Positions 1 to 21,756 of a stretch of DNA of 64,000 nucleotides are shown piece after piece (positions within the stretch are counted from its first letter, which is position 1; each line of letters begins with the position of its first letter). The DNA is taken from NCBI RefSeq assembly GCF_009914755.1, contig NC_060932.1; one strand, given 5' to 3'. The notes below the pieces were generated by a model that was not told where the DNA came from, made no database searches, and was given only the letters and a program-made list of their open reading frames with translations. The translations under genes and the position numbers were made by a program. The stretch is from the human T2T-CHM13v2.0 reference genome, Homo sapiens.

Positions 1-419
1 TGGTAGGGGTAACAGGACAGAAGATGTACGTACCACACGCCCCACTCCTTGTCAAAAAGCACCTTTTGAATATTTTCTGGAGCAAAATCCCAGAAATTCC
101 TTGTCCTGCTAACACAGAATGTGAAAGAAACATCTCTAAATTTTAAAAATGAGTAATTTTTTTCTCATTTTTGAACTGAGGTTGTAGTAATTTTGTACTT
201 CAGCCAATACCACTGAAGGCTTTATCTCTGTTATCACTTTCTCTTATTATTTATCTCAAAAATGCTAAAGTAGTCAGGCAGAGTCTCCCATATTTCCCTC
301 TATTCTTTCCTCTGTCTCCAAATTATGTTAGCCATCTTCAAAATCAAGAGGGCTATTCAGAAAACCACAGCTCTCATTACTTAATACCTTTATAGCTTTT
401 CTTTAAAATAAATCTATCT

Positions 420-705
<286 letters not shown>

Positions 706-745
706 CTATTCATCTTTTCACTCATCCAGCCAGCCACTTATTTTA

Positions 746-943
746 TGTATGTATGTATGTATGTATGTATGTATGTATGTATGTATGTATTTTTGAGACA
801 GGGTTTCACTCCTGTCACCCAGGCTGGAGTGCAATGGTGTGAGACATTGGCTCAACTGCAACCTCCACCTCCTGGGCTCAAGAGATTCTCCTGCCCTAGC
901 CTCCCCAATAGTTGTGACTATAGGTGCACACCACCTCACCTGA
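746..943 (-). mobile_element. Alu right-arm element with a (TATG)n microsatellite tail
   Basis: Antisense right arm, (TATG)n at about 744-790, TSD cacttatttta at 735-745 and 944-954. Confidence 0.85.
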
Positions 944-1787
944 CACTTATTTTAAAATGTCAGTCCTATCTCCCAAGTTTCAAGAAGGAAAACTCCACTG
1001 GGCGTTCCTGTCAGGGTCCCCATTTCCTTTTCCCAGAGCACTTTTCAAGGTACAGCTCATGTGTTGTAGGAATAGAGGAATAGCAGCATCGACTTGGGAC
1101 TGAGTATTCTGTTGGCCCGAGGACCTGGGTGCTTCTTAAGACCAGAGAGCAAGGGACCACACCAGCAGGAGAAAGAGGGAAAGGCGCTCAGAGGATGTTG
1201 CCATACGAAGTAAGAAACCCAAACAGCTTGGAGGGTGCTAAAGCCCTCTGGGCAGGTAGATATCTGGCTCTTGGATGATTGTGAGATGTGAAACATTTAT
1301 TTATTAGGTTTAGGTCTTTAAAACACCAAAAAGTTCCAAGAGAGCTATAATTTAGGGAAGGCCTTGTTTGTTTGTGGACTCTGGAGAATTGAGAAATTTA
1401 TTATCAGATTCAAAACTTATACACTTGGGTGGGAATCTGTGTGGAATTAAATAGCTTTCTCTCCTGCTAAATAAAGTAACACATGCTCCCTGTAGAAGAT
1501 TTGGAAAAATATGTACAAGTAAATGAAATTCCACTCATAGCCCGTAGATAATAACTTACTGTTTTGGTGACTATATATCTGGTTTTAAAACAGACTGTAT
1601 ATAGGAATATAAGAATAATATTTGGATGATTGAGATCATATTATGTACCATTTCATATCTTTTAAAAAACTTATGATGTGGTGAGTTTTCCCCTCATTCA
1701 TTAAAAATAACCTGAAAACAGAGTTTTTGAATTATTGTGTAATATTTCCTTGTGAGTATGTCCTGTTGTTTATTTAATTATTTTCTG

Positions 1788-2091
<304 letters not shown>

Positions 2092-2879
2092 CTAACCATT
2101 GTGTTGTTCAGGACATTACCAGTTGTTTGTTACTATAAATTCTATTGCAGTTGCCATCTTTTTACTTTAATCTTTCTTTGCATCTTTGTTGATTGACTTG
2201 GATGGAATCCTAGAAGTAGAATCACTGGGTCAAAGGGTATGAACATTTTTTGCTTTCTTGTTATATATATACAACTAAATTGCTTTCCAGAAAGGTTCAT
2301 AGTCCTGTCCTGGGTGTATAAGAATCCTAGGAACATTTTTCAAGTAGACAACATCTGTTTTAAGCAGTGATCTTTCCCTTTCAGCCCCTCTATGCCTCTG
2401 TGTCCCATCTGGGCTATGTGCTATTTTCTCAGGGTCTGGGTCCCAGCTGTCTCTTGTATATTATGAGCCTTGCAAAGTTATCCATTGCCTCAGTTCCTCG
2501 GGGCAATTTTTTTCTTGGCTTGAATCTCCACTGGTGGAACCTAAGGCATGGGAATGGGCAGTAGAGAGATATTTGGGGCTGCAATACCTCCCAGTGCCCC
2601 CCATTTCATTCTCTGGCAGGCAGCCATTGACTTCCTTCTCATGAGCTGCTTCTAGTCAACTGGCAGGTGTCGGCCAGGAATCTCTCAGTTTAATTGCCAT
2701 TTAACACACTTTCTGCCACTGATTAATGGGTGACTCCATGCAAACTCACTTTCTTTCCCCAAGTTTCACTTGTATCATAAATACTTATTTTCATTCGCAG
2801 TACATACTTAAGAACTTATATTCTACTTAGAAATCTGGATCATATAAAACTTCCCACTTTTTGTTTTTCTTTTCATTAA

Positions 2880-3181
<302 letters not shown>

Positions 3182-4114
3182 TGAAATACAGTTTTTAGTT
3201 ACTGGAATAATATGAGGCTACGTCTTGGTTTGGTTTGGTGTTTGTTTGTGAGAGACAGAGAAGAGAGGGAGAGAGAGAATGAAGGAGAGAGGGAGAGAAG
3301 GACAGGGAGGGAGACAGAAAGAGAGGAATTCTGTATGCACATACTTTTGATTTGCTTTTAATGAAGTTCAGGAAAGTAGATGAAATAGGAAACAAACATT
3401 TAAAAAACATTCAACCTCACTAGATGTCATTATGTATTTGAAACCACCAATAGTTTAAAATAATGAGAACATTCAATATATGTAAGATTATAGTGATGAT
3501 AACAATATATTGCTGGTTGCAACATAGATAACATCTTTTTAGAAAACAATTTTGTAAAAGGACTCAAGAATTATGAAAGATCATAGCCTGTGATCTCATA
3601 TTATTACTTGGAATTTATGCTCTTTCCATGTAAAAGAAGAAATAAAGCATGAAAATACAAATTTTAGCCTTATGTATAACAGTGAAAAATTGGATATAAC
3701 CTTCAATTTAATTGTAGAGAAATGGTTATGTAAATTATAGTAAAACCAGTCCATTAATGTTATGCAACCATTAGAAACGATTATAAAGACTATGTAGCAA
3801 CATGGAAAATGCTTATGACATCATCTTAAGTTTTAAAAAGGCCAATTATGTGGATAGGGACATGAAAAAGCATGCAAATGTGAAAATTGTTGGCTGGAGT
3901 GATTGTTAAAATAATTCCAGCATTGTTATATTATGATTTTTGCACTAAACCCAGAAAACACGAGGGAGGTTTGGCTAGGGAAGATAGGGTGCTGAGTGGG
4001 TTGGATAGAGGCCCCTTCTCTTACAAATACCCTGTGTGCTTTGTTAGCTGTGTGTTGTGAAGGCCAGGAAGCTACTTGCCAGATAGTTTCATTACGGTAT
4101 GAGAGCAAAGGTGA

Positions 4115-4495
<381 letters not shown>

Positions 4496-4617
4496 TGAGG
4501 GCTGGGTATTGTCAGGATGCCCACAGGCTTACCTGGGAACTCTTGAGATAAACCACCCTCGGTCACCCTCTACCCAATATTTTCACACTGGGGAACTCAG
4601 GACAAAATGAAATTTAA

Positions 4618-5255
<638 letters not shown>

Positions 5256-5978
5256 CCAACCATGTAACTGGCAGAGTGTTGTGAGAGTTAGAAAAGACAT
5301 TTTGAAGCTTTGCCTTGGTCTTGGCAGGGGATTTGGGGGTGATAGCATATATATGTACACCAAGTTGTTCCCCCATCTAAGTACCAATTACTACTGGCAC
5401 TCCCCTTTCTCCCCTCACTGGCTCATTGCTAGAATAGTAGAAGCTAGGGATGAGCTGGCAAAGTTAACTTCCACACAGGCCTCTGTGAAGAAGAGGAAGA
5501 GCCAGAGAAGATTTGGAAGATTATGGTGACATGGCAGAGGAGGCGAGGACAGTGGATCTGGGGGCCTGGGGCAGCTCTGTGGACCCAATCTTAGCAACTG
5601 TTGAGACAAAGGATGTACAAATGGGATCAGAATGAACCATCAGAGGATTAGGGCTCAGGACCTGAGGTTCATGTTGTGTGCAGCATCTGAACGTGCCGCT
5701 GCTGCGTGGGTCAGCTAGTTAGAGCCACATTTCTGTGTGATGCTCTGTTCTCCTGCAGCCAGTCCTTCCCCCCACCTCCCACATTCCTGATGAGCTCTGT
5801 GACTCAGCTGCTTCTCGGGACGTCTGAGCAGCTGTTTTTTTCTAGGGATAGAAGCACAGTCAGGAGATGTAACCTGAATGCTTATCTTTCCCTTGGGTCC
5901 GTGAGGGCCCTCTCCCACCGTGAGGCCCCTGAAACAAAACTGGACTTTTAGAGGATTGTAGAAAGAGTGCCTTCTTTA

Positions 5979-6383
<405 letters not shown>

Positions 6384-7658
6384 TTAGCGATTGAGCCCAG
6401 GACAGTTACCTTTGCTCTTCCACAGGAGCTTGTGTGTTTTCTCTGGGAGGTGCCTCAAGAGTAGCGATAGTCCTTGCAGCCCCTGCAAATCTGTCTGTGA
6501 CTGGTTGGGCATCAAGGGAGTTTGCCTGGTTTTCTTGAGGGGCTGGCGATCACCAGCATCCTGACCAGGCAGCTCTGCACCCTTCCCGGAATGCTGACCC
6601 AGCCCTTCTGGTGGGACTCTTGTTCCTCCGTCATCCAGGGAGCTGAGGCTTCTTTCCAGGATATGCTCCCCCGCCCCCAGCCAGCGCCAGACCACTCCCC
6701 TTGCTGCCTTTGACCCAATGTCTGCTGGGAGACTTCACGTTCCTTCTGTGGCGTCTGTTCCTCATTACTGGCTTGTGCCCATCTCTCTCCTGTTTCTGAA
6801 CTCAAACTTGCTCCATTGTGAAACTGGAGCTGGGGCGGAAGCTTTGTTGGAGGAGGCCCTGGGTCTGTCCGCAGGTGCCATAATGGAAGGGTTGCTGCTT
6901 TGGGCAGGGGTGTGCCTCCCCTGGCCCCTGCTGTGCTGCAACACATCCTTTTCTGCTGTGTTTCTGAAACCTCCTCTGTCCATGGTTGATCCTTCTCACC
7001 ACCTCTTTTACTGCAGCTCCTCTGACTTCTTCCTTAGCTGTGCTGTTTCACCTCTGTCCTGTTTCTCGCCTGCTTTGCTCTTTGTCCCCTATCCTTTTGC
7101 ACTGAGTAGCTGTGGGATTCCCCGACGCATCTCCCTGATGTTTGTGTCTCCAGTCCCCCTGACCTCACCTGGATCAAGGGATTCACCAGTCACTGGTATC
7201 CATATGTGTGTTTTGGGGGCATTTGTTCCTAGGGGCTGCCTCTCAGCACTGGCCCTTGTGGGGATGGGAGAGAACATGCCACACCACCAGTCGCCACCCT
7301 TACTATTAGCCTGATCTGAATCTGCCTGATGTCAGCCTGTGCTGTGGGAGGGTGTCTCCCTCTGGGCCTGCAGTACCGGGGCTGTTGGGTCTCTCTAGCT
7401 CACCTGCTGACCCAGCGTCCCGTTGTGGGGGATGGCCTGAGCCAGCCATCTCACAACTTTGTGTGGCTGTGGACAGAGGGCCTTCATGGGCTTGGGCCAC
7501 CAGGAACTCCACTCTGTTGGAGCCTGTCAGGGCTCAGCAGTGGGTGGGGTCTGACCTTGAAAGTCTGAATGTCACGTGGTGCTTTGGGATCCCTTGTGGG
7601 ACCCTTGTCCCACGTCAGCACTGGGTGTGCATTTGAATTGGGTGTCTCTGCTCATTGA

Positions 7659-8171
<513 letters not shown>

Positions 8172-8217
8172 GGGACTTTGTTCTGATTCCTCATTCTTTC
8201 CATTATAAAGGGTAACC

Positions 8218-8604
8218 GTATTAGGCTGCTCAGGCCATCATAAACAAGGACCACAGTTTGGATCGCTTAAACGGCAGAAGTTCATTTTCTCACCGATCTG
8301 GAGGCTGAAAGTCCAAGGGCAGGGTGTTAACAGGGTTGGTTTCTTCTGAGGGCCGTGAGAGAAAGATCTGTCCAGGGCCTGCGCCTCGGCTTCTGGATGG
8401 CTGTCACCTCCCTGTGTCTTCACAGGGTCTTTCCTCCTCTTACGGAGACATCAGTCATAGTGGATTAGGGCCCATGCCAATGACATCATGCTAACTCCGT
8501 CACCTCTTTAAAGACCCTGTCTCCAAATATAGCCACATTTTGAGGGCCTTAGGGTTAGTACTTCAACATATGAATTTTGAGAGGACATAATTCACCCCGT
8601 AACA
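8218..8604 (-). mobile_element. MaLR LTR (MLT1-like)
   Basis: Characteristic MLT1 segments (ctggaggctgaaagtccaag, ggattagggccca, aaagaccctgtctccaaata, ttcaacatatgaattttg) recognised from memory. Confidence 0.75.
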
Positions 8605-8747
8605 ATGACAGTGGAGTGATGTAAGATGCTGGGCCGGGGCTGTGACCCTACCTCAAGGCTCCAGAAACCCTTTGCATTTTAATCTTTTGGTATCTTCATG
8701 GAGCTGGAGAGGCTGTCCTTTGTGACTTAATTCCTGGCAGAATTTTA

Positions 8748-10265
<1,518 letters not shown>

Positions 10266-10389
10266 CCTGGCAGAATTTTATTCAGATGTTTGAATTGGAG
10301 CTTACATCCTTTCTGAGATCATTTCTTCCATGTATAAAATTGAGTTGCGAGCCACTTCACAAGGTTTTGTGCAGAGCAACGATAATAGC

Positions 10390-10570
10390 TACTGTTCAGG
10401 AAGTGCTTACTGTGTGCCTACCACTTAATTCTCAGCCCAAGCCTTATTATTAACCCCGTTTTACAGATGCAGAAGCTGAGGCACACGAAGGTTAAATAAT
10501 TGGTGGTCATACAATTAACAAGTATCCAGAACTGGAATTTGAATGCAGGCCCCTGATCTAAAGTCTGGGC
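10390..10570 (-). mobile_element. MIR-like SINE
   Basis: ccccgttttacagatgcagaagctgaggcac...gaaggttaaataa core. Confidence 0.65.
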
Positions 10571-10831
10571 TTATCTCCTCTATGGATGTAAAGTGCCCAA
10601 TGCTATCCTGGGCACATAGAGCCTTGGAAAAGTGAGTTGAATACGTGTGAATGGATTTTTAGGGGTGCTTAACATTGGGAGAGGTTTCCAGGGTCTGGGA
10701 TGGAACATTTGGTGCCCCCACGGAAGGAAGCTGGTGAGAGTCTCAGCCCAGCTTCTGGAAAAGATTCCTGCAGGTCCTGAGGCAGAGCTGCTTCATCTTC
10801 CTTCTCATCAGCACCTCCCTCCTGCGCGCAG

Positions 10832-11079
<248 letters not shown>

Positions 11080-11129
11080 TAGGCTCGTGAGCAACACAAC
11101 CTGCTGATCAGCAGGGAGGGGACAACCCT

Positions 11130-11947
11130 ACAACACACACAGACACACACACAAATGCACATTCACGTGCACACACACCACACACACCCCATACACACCA
11201 CACACACGCACACACATGCACCTTATACACACACACCACACACACACTGTACAGACACGACACATACACACATGCACACACCATATACACACCACACAGA
11301 CACACACACATACCCCCCATACACATACCACAGACACATACACACACGACACACACCATACACACACACAACCCATACACCATACACACATGCACACACG
11401 ACACACACCATACACACAACCCATACACCAGACACACACCATACACACATGCACACACACCCCATATACACACACCACACACAAACACCAGACACACATC
11501 ATACATACACATATACACATGCACACACACCCCATACACACATACCACACACACATACACAACCCATAAACACACACCACATACCATACACACATACACA
11601 CACATGCACACACACTTGCACACACACCCCATACACACACCACACACATACACACAACCCATAAACACACACCAGACACACATTATACACACACATGCAC
11701 ACACATGCACACACATCCCATACACACATACACAAGCCATACACACACACCACACACAGAGACACACATACACCATACACACACCCCCATACACACACAC
11801 CCCCACGCACACCACACACACCACACACGCATGCACCTCATACACATGCAGACACATGCGCACACGCACACACCATACACACACATGCACACACACATAT
11901 ACACACAGACTACACACATACTATACACACCCATCCACACACACACA
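11130..11947. repeat. About 820-bp degenerate (CA)n-rich simple repeat
   Basis: Almost entirely C/A with interspersed CATA, CATG and CCCC units. Confidence 0.97.
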
Positions 11948-12995
11948 GAAAACCATCTCAGATCTTAGCTTGGAGAGAATGATGCTGTCCTGACCCTGGC
12001 ATCTGGTGTCTGCTCTCACACGCAGAGACCAGCCAGGATCTGCCAGTGAGATCCAAGTCCTGGATCCAGGCTCCAAGGCATGGCTTGCTTCCTGTTACTT
12101 CTCTCCAGGGCTGTGGCCTGTGGCTGCTCCTGCTCTTCCAGTCTGGGGGCCCCTCCCCAGCAGAGAATGTGACCTGGTTCCCTGAGCCGGACACATGTTG
12201 GACTTCTTTGGTCTCCTGACTCAGGAAGTCCTAGAATCCTGGATTGGAGGTGCCCTTGGAGGTCACCCAGTTTTGTTTCCTCATGGTCCAGATGAGAAGA
12301 GAGCCTCAGACACTGCACTGGATCTTGGCAAGGACATGGTCAGAATTAGGTGACTTGCTGAGCATCTTGTGGAGGTCAGGCACAAAGATGGGGGCCACCT
12401 ACCTTTGACTGCTATGTCTAGGAGTCCCTGGAGTCATCACTGCTCTGGGAACAAGTTGCTTCACCCTGATTTGGGATCTCAAGGCTTTTCTTATTCTGGC
12501 CCTGAGTGCTGTTAGCCCTTTCCTTCCCCTACCCTTGAGTGATTTGGTGGAATGAGCCTGCAAACACTGACATGGCCTCTGAACAGCAAGGTCACAGGTC
12601 ATGGCTGTGTTGGGATGAAGAAGGGTGTGGGATCTGGGATTTGGCTCTAGTTCCGAGGCTTGGGAAGAGGAAATTCTGAATGTCCCAGGGATGGAGTTAT
12701 GCTTTAAGATGCAATGTGGAAAATGAGTTATGTGAATCTCTAGGTCACTATCCAGGGACTAATCATCTAGTGATCTTGGGCATTTGTCTTCTAGATTTGA
12801 TGACCAAGAGAAAAACAGCATAGATGCGGAAAACATACTCAGAAAGTCAGCTGCTGCTAATTGCCTTCTCTAGCAAGGATTAACCCTAAGTAGAACTGAG
12901 CCCCATGTTTCACCCTGCAGCCCTGATAAACCTGTTGCTTACTTTCATTTGAAGTGCCTAGTATTCAGAATGAACCCTTCCTAGGCACACTGTGA

Positions 12996-14319
<1,324 letters not shown>

Positions 14320-16470
14320 TGACTTATGGGTCTTCACGTTCCCTCTCCATTCTCCTCCTTTGTGTACTTCCTCCCACTCACCTGCTGTGTTAGTGCAAGT
14401 CATTCGAATGGATTTTTGTCTTGATTTACCTGCTTCACGCCATGCTTCCCCACTAGGGCTGTGCTTTACCCGAACTGACTTGCTTGGGGAATCCTGTCTG
14501 GCTGTTGCCAGCTGCCTCCCTGGAGAGTTGGATCTTTCTTCACACCCTGGGTCACAGACTGAGAGTTGTGCTGTCAGTGGCAGATCACCCAGGACCACAG
14601 TGGCACCATCTTGGAACTTGAATATTGACGGTTGTCAGGATTCCCCTCACTCTGATTTGTCACTGGGGCCCAGAACCTGTGCTAAGCCTGGACGCTGTGC
14701 CTCGGGCTGCCTTCTAAGCTCTCTGGGGTCAGCCTCTGCAGCAGGTTCCCCTGGCCCAGGGCAGGCTCTTACTCTTTCCTGCTAGCTGAGCTCTCAGGGT
14801 GTTTTGTGGTAGAACCTTCTTCAAGTTTGAATTACCAGGTAAAACTAACTAGTGGCCCACTGCTGGGGATTCTTTATGTTTTCCCAGGAAGCAGTAGAGC
14901 TCACCTGGCTTGGCATATTCTTGAAAAAAGAGAGTCTTGCTGTGATACAGAAATAATTCAGGACATTTTACTTCTTCAGTGGTTGGGTTAGTTCTTTGTT
15001 GTGTGAACAGCCAAACGGCCACTCCAGATTTAAGTGTGGATGTTTCAGTTAAGTTCTAAAATGGTATTAGTGAGCATTTATTACTGTGTGCCAAGCACAC
15101 TTCATTGGGTTTTTATTTCATTCTGACAACAAGTTTAATTGGTAGTTATTATTGCCCTCATTCTGAAGATGAGGTGGGTGAGGCTGACAGGGGAAGAATT
15201 TGCCCGTGGTTACATAATAAAAAAGTAGCACAGCTGGGACTCTAACCCCGACAGTCTAACTCTAGTGCCCCTGCCATTATTGCTGATAATGAGACAGGCG
15301 TCTAAGGGTGACTTGGAGGATGAAGAGCCTGCAAAGGTAGTTTCTGGTTAAGAAAGAGAAACCTGAGGACTCTCGGGGCTGGGAGGTCCTAGAAGGTAGG
15401 GCACTCGTGTGGCTTAGTTTTTTATCATAGTGTTTCCAGCATTTGATGAATATGTGTTCATTGAATGAAGGAATGAATGAGCCAGCTAAAGAGGGCCAGG
15501 GAAGGAAGTGGTCAGAAGTCAGGTCACTGGGGAATGTGGAGTGCCCAACATTGCTTTCCTGGGACTGGGGACAGGGCCAAAATGGAATGGAAGCTCTGCA
15601 GAGAGGGGCATCCTGGGGATTTTGGTCCATTCCTATGAAAAGAGGCATTGAGAACTGTGTGTGGTCGTTGAACATCTTTATTTGATAGGGACAAGGAGAT
15701 GCCTGCTATGTTTTCTTAATTATTTAATAGGCAGTAATAAGCAGAAGATTTTTGGACCCAGGTCTCCGATCTTTGTGTGTTGAAGCCACCTGGTAGGTGG
15801 TGTTCACTGAGCCTGAATCTGTTACTGCTGCTGCTACTGCTGTTATTACTAACTGCAGCTTATACTTACTAAGTGGTTGCCATGTACCAGCTATGGTGTG
15901 AAATGCTTTTACATGTGTTACCCCATGGAACCTCTCCATAATCCTGGGGCCTAGGGTCTGTTGTTACTCTTTGCTCATGGTTGTGCAGGTGGTAAATGCA
16001 GCGCTGGAGCCAGGTCCATCGACTCAAGTGTGCAACCTCCTCTTTGTCTGCCTCCCTCCTCCCACTGACCTCTGTGCTCAGCCCGTGCAAGGTCTTGTAG
16101 ATGATGTGGAAAATGAATTCGGTGAGGCCTTTGCCACCAGGAAGCTTCAGGGTTAGCTGGGGAGAGGAAAACAACACACACAAAACTATGGTGCTAATAA
16201 TCCTGGCAACTCATTATAACAGGGTAGCATATCATTAGGTGCCAGTGCCAATGCCCGGATGCCAATATTTGGGTTGAAGGAGAAGCAGTTGCCATTTTCC
16301 TTTGCTGCCACCCATAAGGGAAAGATGTAGGGCTTGGAGGTGGAGTCTCATATGGAAAGTTCTCATGCTGCAGAGATAAGAGATCAAGGTTGCAATCTTG
16401 GCTCTGCCACTAAGTTGATTTACATCTTAGGCAAGTCACTTATCCTGTGGAGTATGGGCACTCTAGGTGA

Positions 16471-16641
<171 letters not shown>

Positions 16642-16901
16642 TAAGTGCCTTTTATCCTTTCATTTCCTGAGAATAGAAGGAGATCCTGGAGTTCAACAGC
16701 ATTGTTAACACATATTTACTAAATTTGTTCAGCGTGCCAGATGCTGATCTAAATACTGTGGCTACTTCAGTGAACAAGACAGTCTTTGCCTTCATAGAGT
16801 TTACACTGTATTTGGGGAAACAGACAATTGGGGTGGGGAGAGCTGGGGGCCCCCCTTCATAGAGGAGGTGTCACTAGATCCAGATGTTGAAGGGTGTGTG
16901 A

Positions 16902-17272
<371 letters not shown>

Positions 17273-17419
17273 GGTTTTCACTTACAAGATGTCCTTTGAT
17301 TGTTATACCTACTCTGCCCCAAGCAGAGATGAAGAGGAGGAGAAGGGCGTTCTGAGTTGGGGAAACAGCAGTCATTGTGGGGCAGAGGTGAGCTCGCCTG
17401 GTTGGAGGGGCATTTAGGG

Positions 17420-17850
17420 TCGTCAGGGTCCCCAGAAGAAGACCCTGAGACGAGGAGTCAGGCGCTGAGACAGGGAGTCAGGCGCGGAGGCAAGATCTGT
17501 CAGGAAGTTCTTTATTGAGGAAATGTTCCCGCGGGGACTGTGAAGAGAGCTGGGGAAGGAGGACAGGGAAGGGAGGAGGCCAGACAAGGGTGTGAACTCA
17601 GGTGGAGGTCTGAGCAAGGGATGGTTTCACTGTGGGCCTGCAGGAGCGCTGGGGTGAGTCATGCCTCAGCCTTGTCTCAGGGAGCTGGGCTTTCGTGTGC
17701 CTGCACCGGGCAGTCACTGGCTCCAGCTCTGCACATGTGGGCAGAATGGCTTCCAGCAGCCCAGAGGCAGTTCTCTGAAGCAGAGCTGTAGATGCAGGCC
17801 ATGGAAGGCACAGCCAAATGGCAAAAAGAGATGGAGGGAATTTGGGAAGT
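17420..17850. mobile_element. Old MaLR LTR (MLT1 family), degraded
   Basis: gtcagggtccccagaagaagaccctgagac...tttattgagg pattern; subfamily and ends uncertain. Confidence 0.45.
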
Positions 17851-19771
17851 CAGTGGCAACGTCTGCTAGATGGACATACGGTGGGGGTGTGTTGGGGATC
17901 AGAACACAGCGTGGGCCAGGCGCAGCCTTGAATGTCTGGCAGAATTTAGAATCAGTGTGGTTAAGTAATGAATCAAGGCTTCTCGTACAGGCAGTGGTGA
18001 CTCTAAACTGATATAGAACAAAAACCCATTAGCTAAAAAGGACCTGTATAAATGGAAAGTCTCAGTATTATTGATTATGGACACTGATTTGGCTAATGCA
18101 TTTAAAAATCAATATACTGACAATATCAAGCAAACTTTTTTTTAAATTATAGTAAGGATGTTCAGCATGAGATCTACCCTTTTAACAAATTTTTAAATGC
18201 ATGATACCATATTGTTGACTGTAGGCACGACGTAATACAGCCAGTCTCCCTACTCTAGAACTTCTTCATCTTGCATGCAATCAAATAATTCTTGAACAGA
18301 AACAAATGCTGGCTTGATTTTCCTTAAAATGTTACTACAATATTATGGCACTAGCGCTTGTATTTTGATTTCACATTGGTTCCCGTCATGATAGAGGAGA
18401 TGAAATTCCTTAGGGCCGCCCTACTCTAGTACAGCAATCTGCAGACTAACTATGTTTTAGTTGCAGAGAATTGCTTACATCCCCCACTTTCTAAAGTCCA
18501 CTTGGCTAAGTAATTGCAAGACCAAATTATATGGCCCTGAACAAAGAGTAAACAGAAGCGTGAAACACAATATTGCACTAGATTGCTGGTCTTGTCAAAT
18601 TTACTCTGTCAAATGTGTTTTTTCCTCTTTTTCCAAAAAATACGTAGTTGCTTTTACTTTCCAAAGGCCACGATATGACTCATGGATCATCAAATAACCA
18701 AAAAGATTGCATGGCTCTTAGTACTCCTGGGGTGCCAATGAAAGCCCTTTGCTTTTATTTAATTTTTTTAAATAAACTGAAAGCAGTTCTTTCCATTGAT
18801 GGGGTGAAGAGCGTTAGCAGTGTTGGTAAGAAGATGGATATTTGGTGCATTTTAGTAGAAAGCATACAAAGTTATGGGAGGAGGTTATAATAACACATAA
18901 TGTATAATGGACAATACTGTTGTCTTAAAGGCTACATGAAAATTGGTGTTTTTTTAAAAAAACGTGAAATTTTCCTAAGCAAATTTTGGCTGAAAGCCAG
19001 GAATAATTTTTGCATTGTATGCTTCAACCTGTCAGAATGCCAAGAACCAGGAAATAATGTTCTTTAAAAATTGGGCAATAGATGCACGTGGTGCAGAATT
19101 TGGAATGTAGGAATGCAGAGTTAGTGACAAATTTCTCCCTCCCACTTCTGTCCTCTCAGCAGGGGCAGCCAGTCTTGACAGTTTCTTGTGTCTGTCTGGA
19201 GATAATCTCTGCCTGAGAGACTATCTCTTAAGATCATGGTAACTTTCAGATCTTCAGCAAATTGTTTGGGCAAAGTGTCTTCAATTCATGGATTTTGTGT
19301 AATTGATATCTTAACTATCCATGTAGACTTGTGATTTCCAGGAGTCAGTGGAATATTTGATGTGCTTTTGTCTGTAGTGTGTTAGAGTAAGAACGCAGAA
19401 TCCTTTGGTAAAAAAAAAATCCCAAAAGAAGATTATAAGTGACAAATCTGTACTTTTACCAAATGCAAATTTTGCTAAGGGTAAAAATATTATTAAAAAG
19501 TACTTTTTTTTTTTTTTTTTAGAGACAGGGTTCTTACTCCGTCTCCGAGACTGAAGTGTAGTGTGCAGTCAGAGCTCACTGCTGGATTTGACTGGGCCTG
19601 GTCAAAACATGCTTAGAATTAAAATTATATGTGGGCTTTTTGAGAGCTTAATGTAGAATTAGAAACTGCAATTTTGCTTTATGTGTTTTCTGTAGCCATC
19701 ATATTTTTTAAACAAGTTGTATCTTTATAACAGGATGTACTTTGTCTAAATTAAAAAAAATTAAAAACTAA

Positions 19772-20075
<304 letters not shown>

Positions 20076-20348
20076 AAGTAGCACATTGAAAGAATTGTGT
20101 TAAGAGTTAGCACTACTCAGTATTAAAGTCCAAGCAGCTAAACAGATAGAAGCTATGAAACTTAGCAGAGGTTAAATAACTATTGCAAAACCATAGTGAT
20201 GACTATTCTAAGTTTTCTCAAAACTTCTCTTTGGTATGTTGTTGTTAGATTTTGCTTTACATTTTAACCTTCAACATTTGTTCAATGTATTTATTATATA
20301 CATCTCTTTCTATATTTATAGATCTAGTTATATACCAAAGAATGGTAT

Positions 20349-20635
20349 GACCAGACATGGTGGCTCATGTCTGTAATCCCAGGCCTGTGGGAGGATCACT
20401 TGAGGCCAGGAATTTGAGACCAGCCTGGGCAACATAGGAAGACCCCATCTCTACAAAAAATAAAATAAAATAAAGAAATTAGGCAATCGTGGTGGCATAT
20501 GTCTGTAGTCCCAGGTACTTGGGACGCTGAGGTGGGAGAATCACTTGAGCTCAGGAGTTAGAGGCTGCAGTGAGCTGTGATCAGGACACTGTACTCCAGC
20601 CTGAGTTACAGAGCAAGACCCTGTCTCAAAAAAAG
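20349..20635 (+). mobile_element. Alu (J-like)
   Basis: Sense body with small deletions. Confidence 0.88.
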
Positions 20636-21245
20636 TCATTTTATTAATTTATTATCTAAATAGTGTCTCGAAGGCAAAGGAGGTTGGTTATTGCATGTTT
20701 GGGGGAGGGGTTCATATTAGATTTTGCTTCAGAGACCAGTTTTATTAGTTATATCAATTGAGCACAGGACAACATGATGAATATATTCATTAAGGAAACA
20801 TCCATTTTTTGAGCCTCCTGTCCTCATCCACAGTATATGGTAATGATATCAATGATCTCCACCTGTGACATTGTTGCTGTGAAGAGTAAATAATGTATGT
20901 GAGAATGCTTTGATGAGCTCTAAAGTGCTACAGATGTTATCTGTTAAGAAAGTTTGTTCTGGCCAGGACATCGGGATGGATGGGGAGGTGGGGAGAGCTG
21001 GAGCTGGAGATGACGGCTGGGGATTTGTCACAGAGCTTCCTGATATGCCTGAGGTGGTGGGAATGGAGAGTGGGGGGGCAGGTTTAGAGGCTACATGAGG
21101 GAAGAATGTTTGAAAGTTTAGTACCTGGTTGACTGGGGAGAGGAGGTGGAATTACTGACAGAGGCTGGGGAGGGGAGAGGGAAACCGATTAGAAAGTGGA
21201 GGGGAAATGACATTGAGTTTGAGGCTGGATTGAAGAAAGGGCTGA

Positions 21246-21756
<511 letters not shown>

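Noticed and set aside
6718-7314. 198-aa Leu/Ser/Cys-rich ORF in unique intronic sequence
   Set aside because: No recognisable domain; composition follows the CT-rich DNA; no supporting exon structure.
11108-11993. Many overlapping ORFs up to 269 aa (His/Thr- or Cys/Val-rich)
   Set aside because: Artefacts of the CA/TG low-complexity repeat, which lacks stop codons.
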